From IMG/VR virus record IMGVR_UViG_3300044723_009217, positions 1 through 24,635 of that record: a DNA stretch of 24,635 nucleotides, one strand, 5' to 3'. The translations under genes and the position numbers were made by a program. This stretch comes from a virus. Its lineage: Duplodnaviria > Caudoviricetes. The notes beneath the pieces are model-generated. The model had not been told where the DNA came from, made no database searches, and worked only from the letters and a program-made list of their open reading frames with translations. How positions within the stretch are numbered: the first letter of the stretch is position 1; the number at the start of each line of letters is the position of its first letter. This document shows positions 23,765-24,635 of this stretch, one piece after another.

Positions 23765-24635
23765 ATGGAACTAGTAACTCTCTGGATGGCAGTTGGATTT
23801 TTATTTGCTGCTTATTCAGTTATAGCAAACGATTCGGTACAAACTCTCGGTACTTGGATCGCATCAAATAATGAGAGATTTAATTGGAAGACGATGTGGT
23901 TAGCTGCTTCGTCTGTTTTATTATGGGCACTATGGTATGGTTGGTACACTCATGGTGGAGACATATCATACGGACGACTCAACAAAATTCCATGGCAAGA
24001 AATACAATGGTATCATGCTATGGCACCAGGACTACTACTAATATTAACACGTATAGGTGTACCAGTCAGTACATCTTTTTTAGTATTAAGTGCATTTGCA
24101 TCTACCTTTGTGTTAGAAAAGATGTTAATGAAATCAATGATGGGATATGCAGTTGCCGCAGTAGCAGCATACATTATCTGGATTGGTGTTACAAAAATAC
24201 TTGACGAAGCAAAACCTGTCAAAGAAGAACATAAAAAACTTTGGCGAATTGGTCAATGGGTAACAACAGGTTTCCTATGGTGGACTTGGTTATCACACGA
24301 CATGGCAAATATTGCTGTGTTTCTTCCAAGACAGATACCAGTCGACTTAATGATCATGATTAGTGCGGTATTCGTTGCTGGATTGTGGTGGATGTTTAGA
24401 GAGGGTGGTGGTAAAATTCAAAACATCGTTCTTGAAAAACATAACACAAGATATGTTCGAAGTGCCACTATTATTGATGCTGTATATTGGATTATTCTAT
24501 ACTTCTTCAAAGAGTTGAATGATATTCCTATGTCAACTACATGGGTCTTCGTTGGACTCCTTTGTGGTAGAGAACTTGCGATGGCAACTATGACTGGTAA
24601 AGAAAAATTCAAAGTTGTGTTTCCATTGATTGGTA
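23765..24635 (+). CDS. PiT/PHO4-like inorganic phosphate transporter (3' truncated by the window)
   Basis: Open frame from ATG 23765 (AGGGAG RBS) to the window end. Multi-TM protein with ANDSVQ, PVSTS, HDMAN and PMSTTWVFVG, degenerate versions of the duplicated PiT signatures. Missing from the ORF track because it has no stop in the window. Confidence 0.75.
   Translation, partial: MELVTLWMAVGFLFAAYSVIANDSVQTLGTWIASNNERFNWKTMWLAASSVLLWALWYGWYTHGGDISYGRLNKIPWQEIQWYHAMAPGLLLILTRIGVPVSTSFLVLSAFASTFVLEKMLMKSMMGYAVAAVAAYIIWIGVTKILDEAKPVKEEHKKLWRIGQWVTTGFLWWTWLSHDMANIAVFLPRQIPVDLMIMISAVFVAGLWWMFREGGGKIQNIVLEKHNTRYVRSATIIDAVYWIILYFFKELNDIPMSTTWVFVGLLCGRELAMATMTGKEKFKVVFPLIG

Noticed and set aside
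23544-23774. 76-aa plus-strand ORF
   Set aside because: Runs through a terminator and A-tract with no good RBS; the 23519-23683 frame has a proper RBS.
23884-24612. Short ORFs at 23884-24204 (+), 24013-24222 (-) and 24418-24612 (-)
   Set aside because: Alternative frames of the long transporter ORF starting at 23765.
1-24635. CRISPR array, introns/inteins, or stop-codon reassignment
   Set aside because: No repeat-spacer series seen; core genes are uninterrupted and of normal length; TAA, TAG and TGA all terminate genes at expected positions.
1-24635. Abundant palindromic sites (GATC, GAATTC, CTCGAG) as evidence of modified, restriction-proof DNA
   Set aside because: Only an impression; needs observed/expected k-mer statistics that could not be computed here.

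Overview
An AT-rich segment of a T4-like (gp43/uvsX/gp41) myophage genome. The host is probably a marine alphaproteobacterium, based on a two-piece permuted tmRNA, a ROSE-like hsp20 leader and a BMP solute-binding protein. The window holds the replication module (B-family polymerase, AEP-type primase-like protein, UvsX, gp41 helicase, ThyX), lysis/cell-wall enzymes and host-like metabolic genes (Hsp20, BMP-family binding protein plus an IPNS-type 2OG oxygenase, PiT-like phosphate transporter). At least eight TTTACA-N17-TA(T/C)AAT promoters are visible. Three elements stand out. (1) An operon at about 6.8-10.5 kb encodes a thymidylate-synthase paralogue with the dCMP-specificity Asp, an asparagine-synthetase-B-like amidotransferase, a dCMP deaminase, a DUF1599-like protein and a mini UDG-fold protein; it is a candidate pathway for an unusual N-containing modified cytosine. 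(2) An anticodon-domain-less AsnRS/AspRS-like enzyme is followed 6 nt later by a tRNA-Asn(GUU) with an atypical class II long-variable-arm body. (3) A very compact circularly permuted tmRNA encodes the tag ANDNFAPEMRLAA. All family assignments come from motif recognition by eye; no database searches were run.
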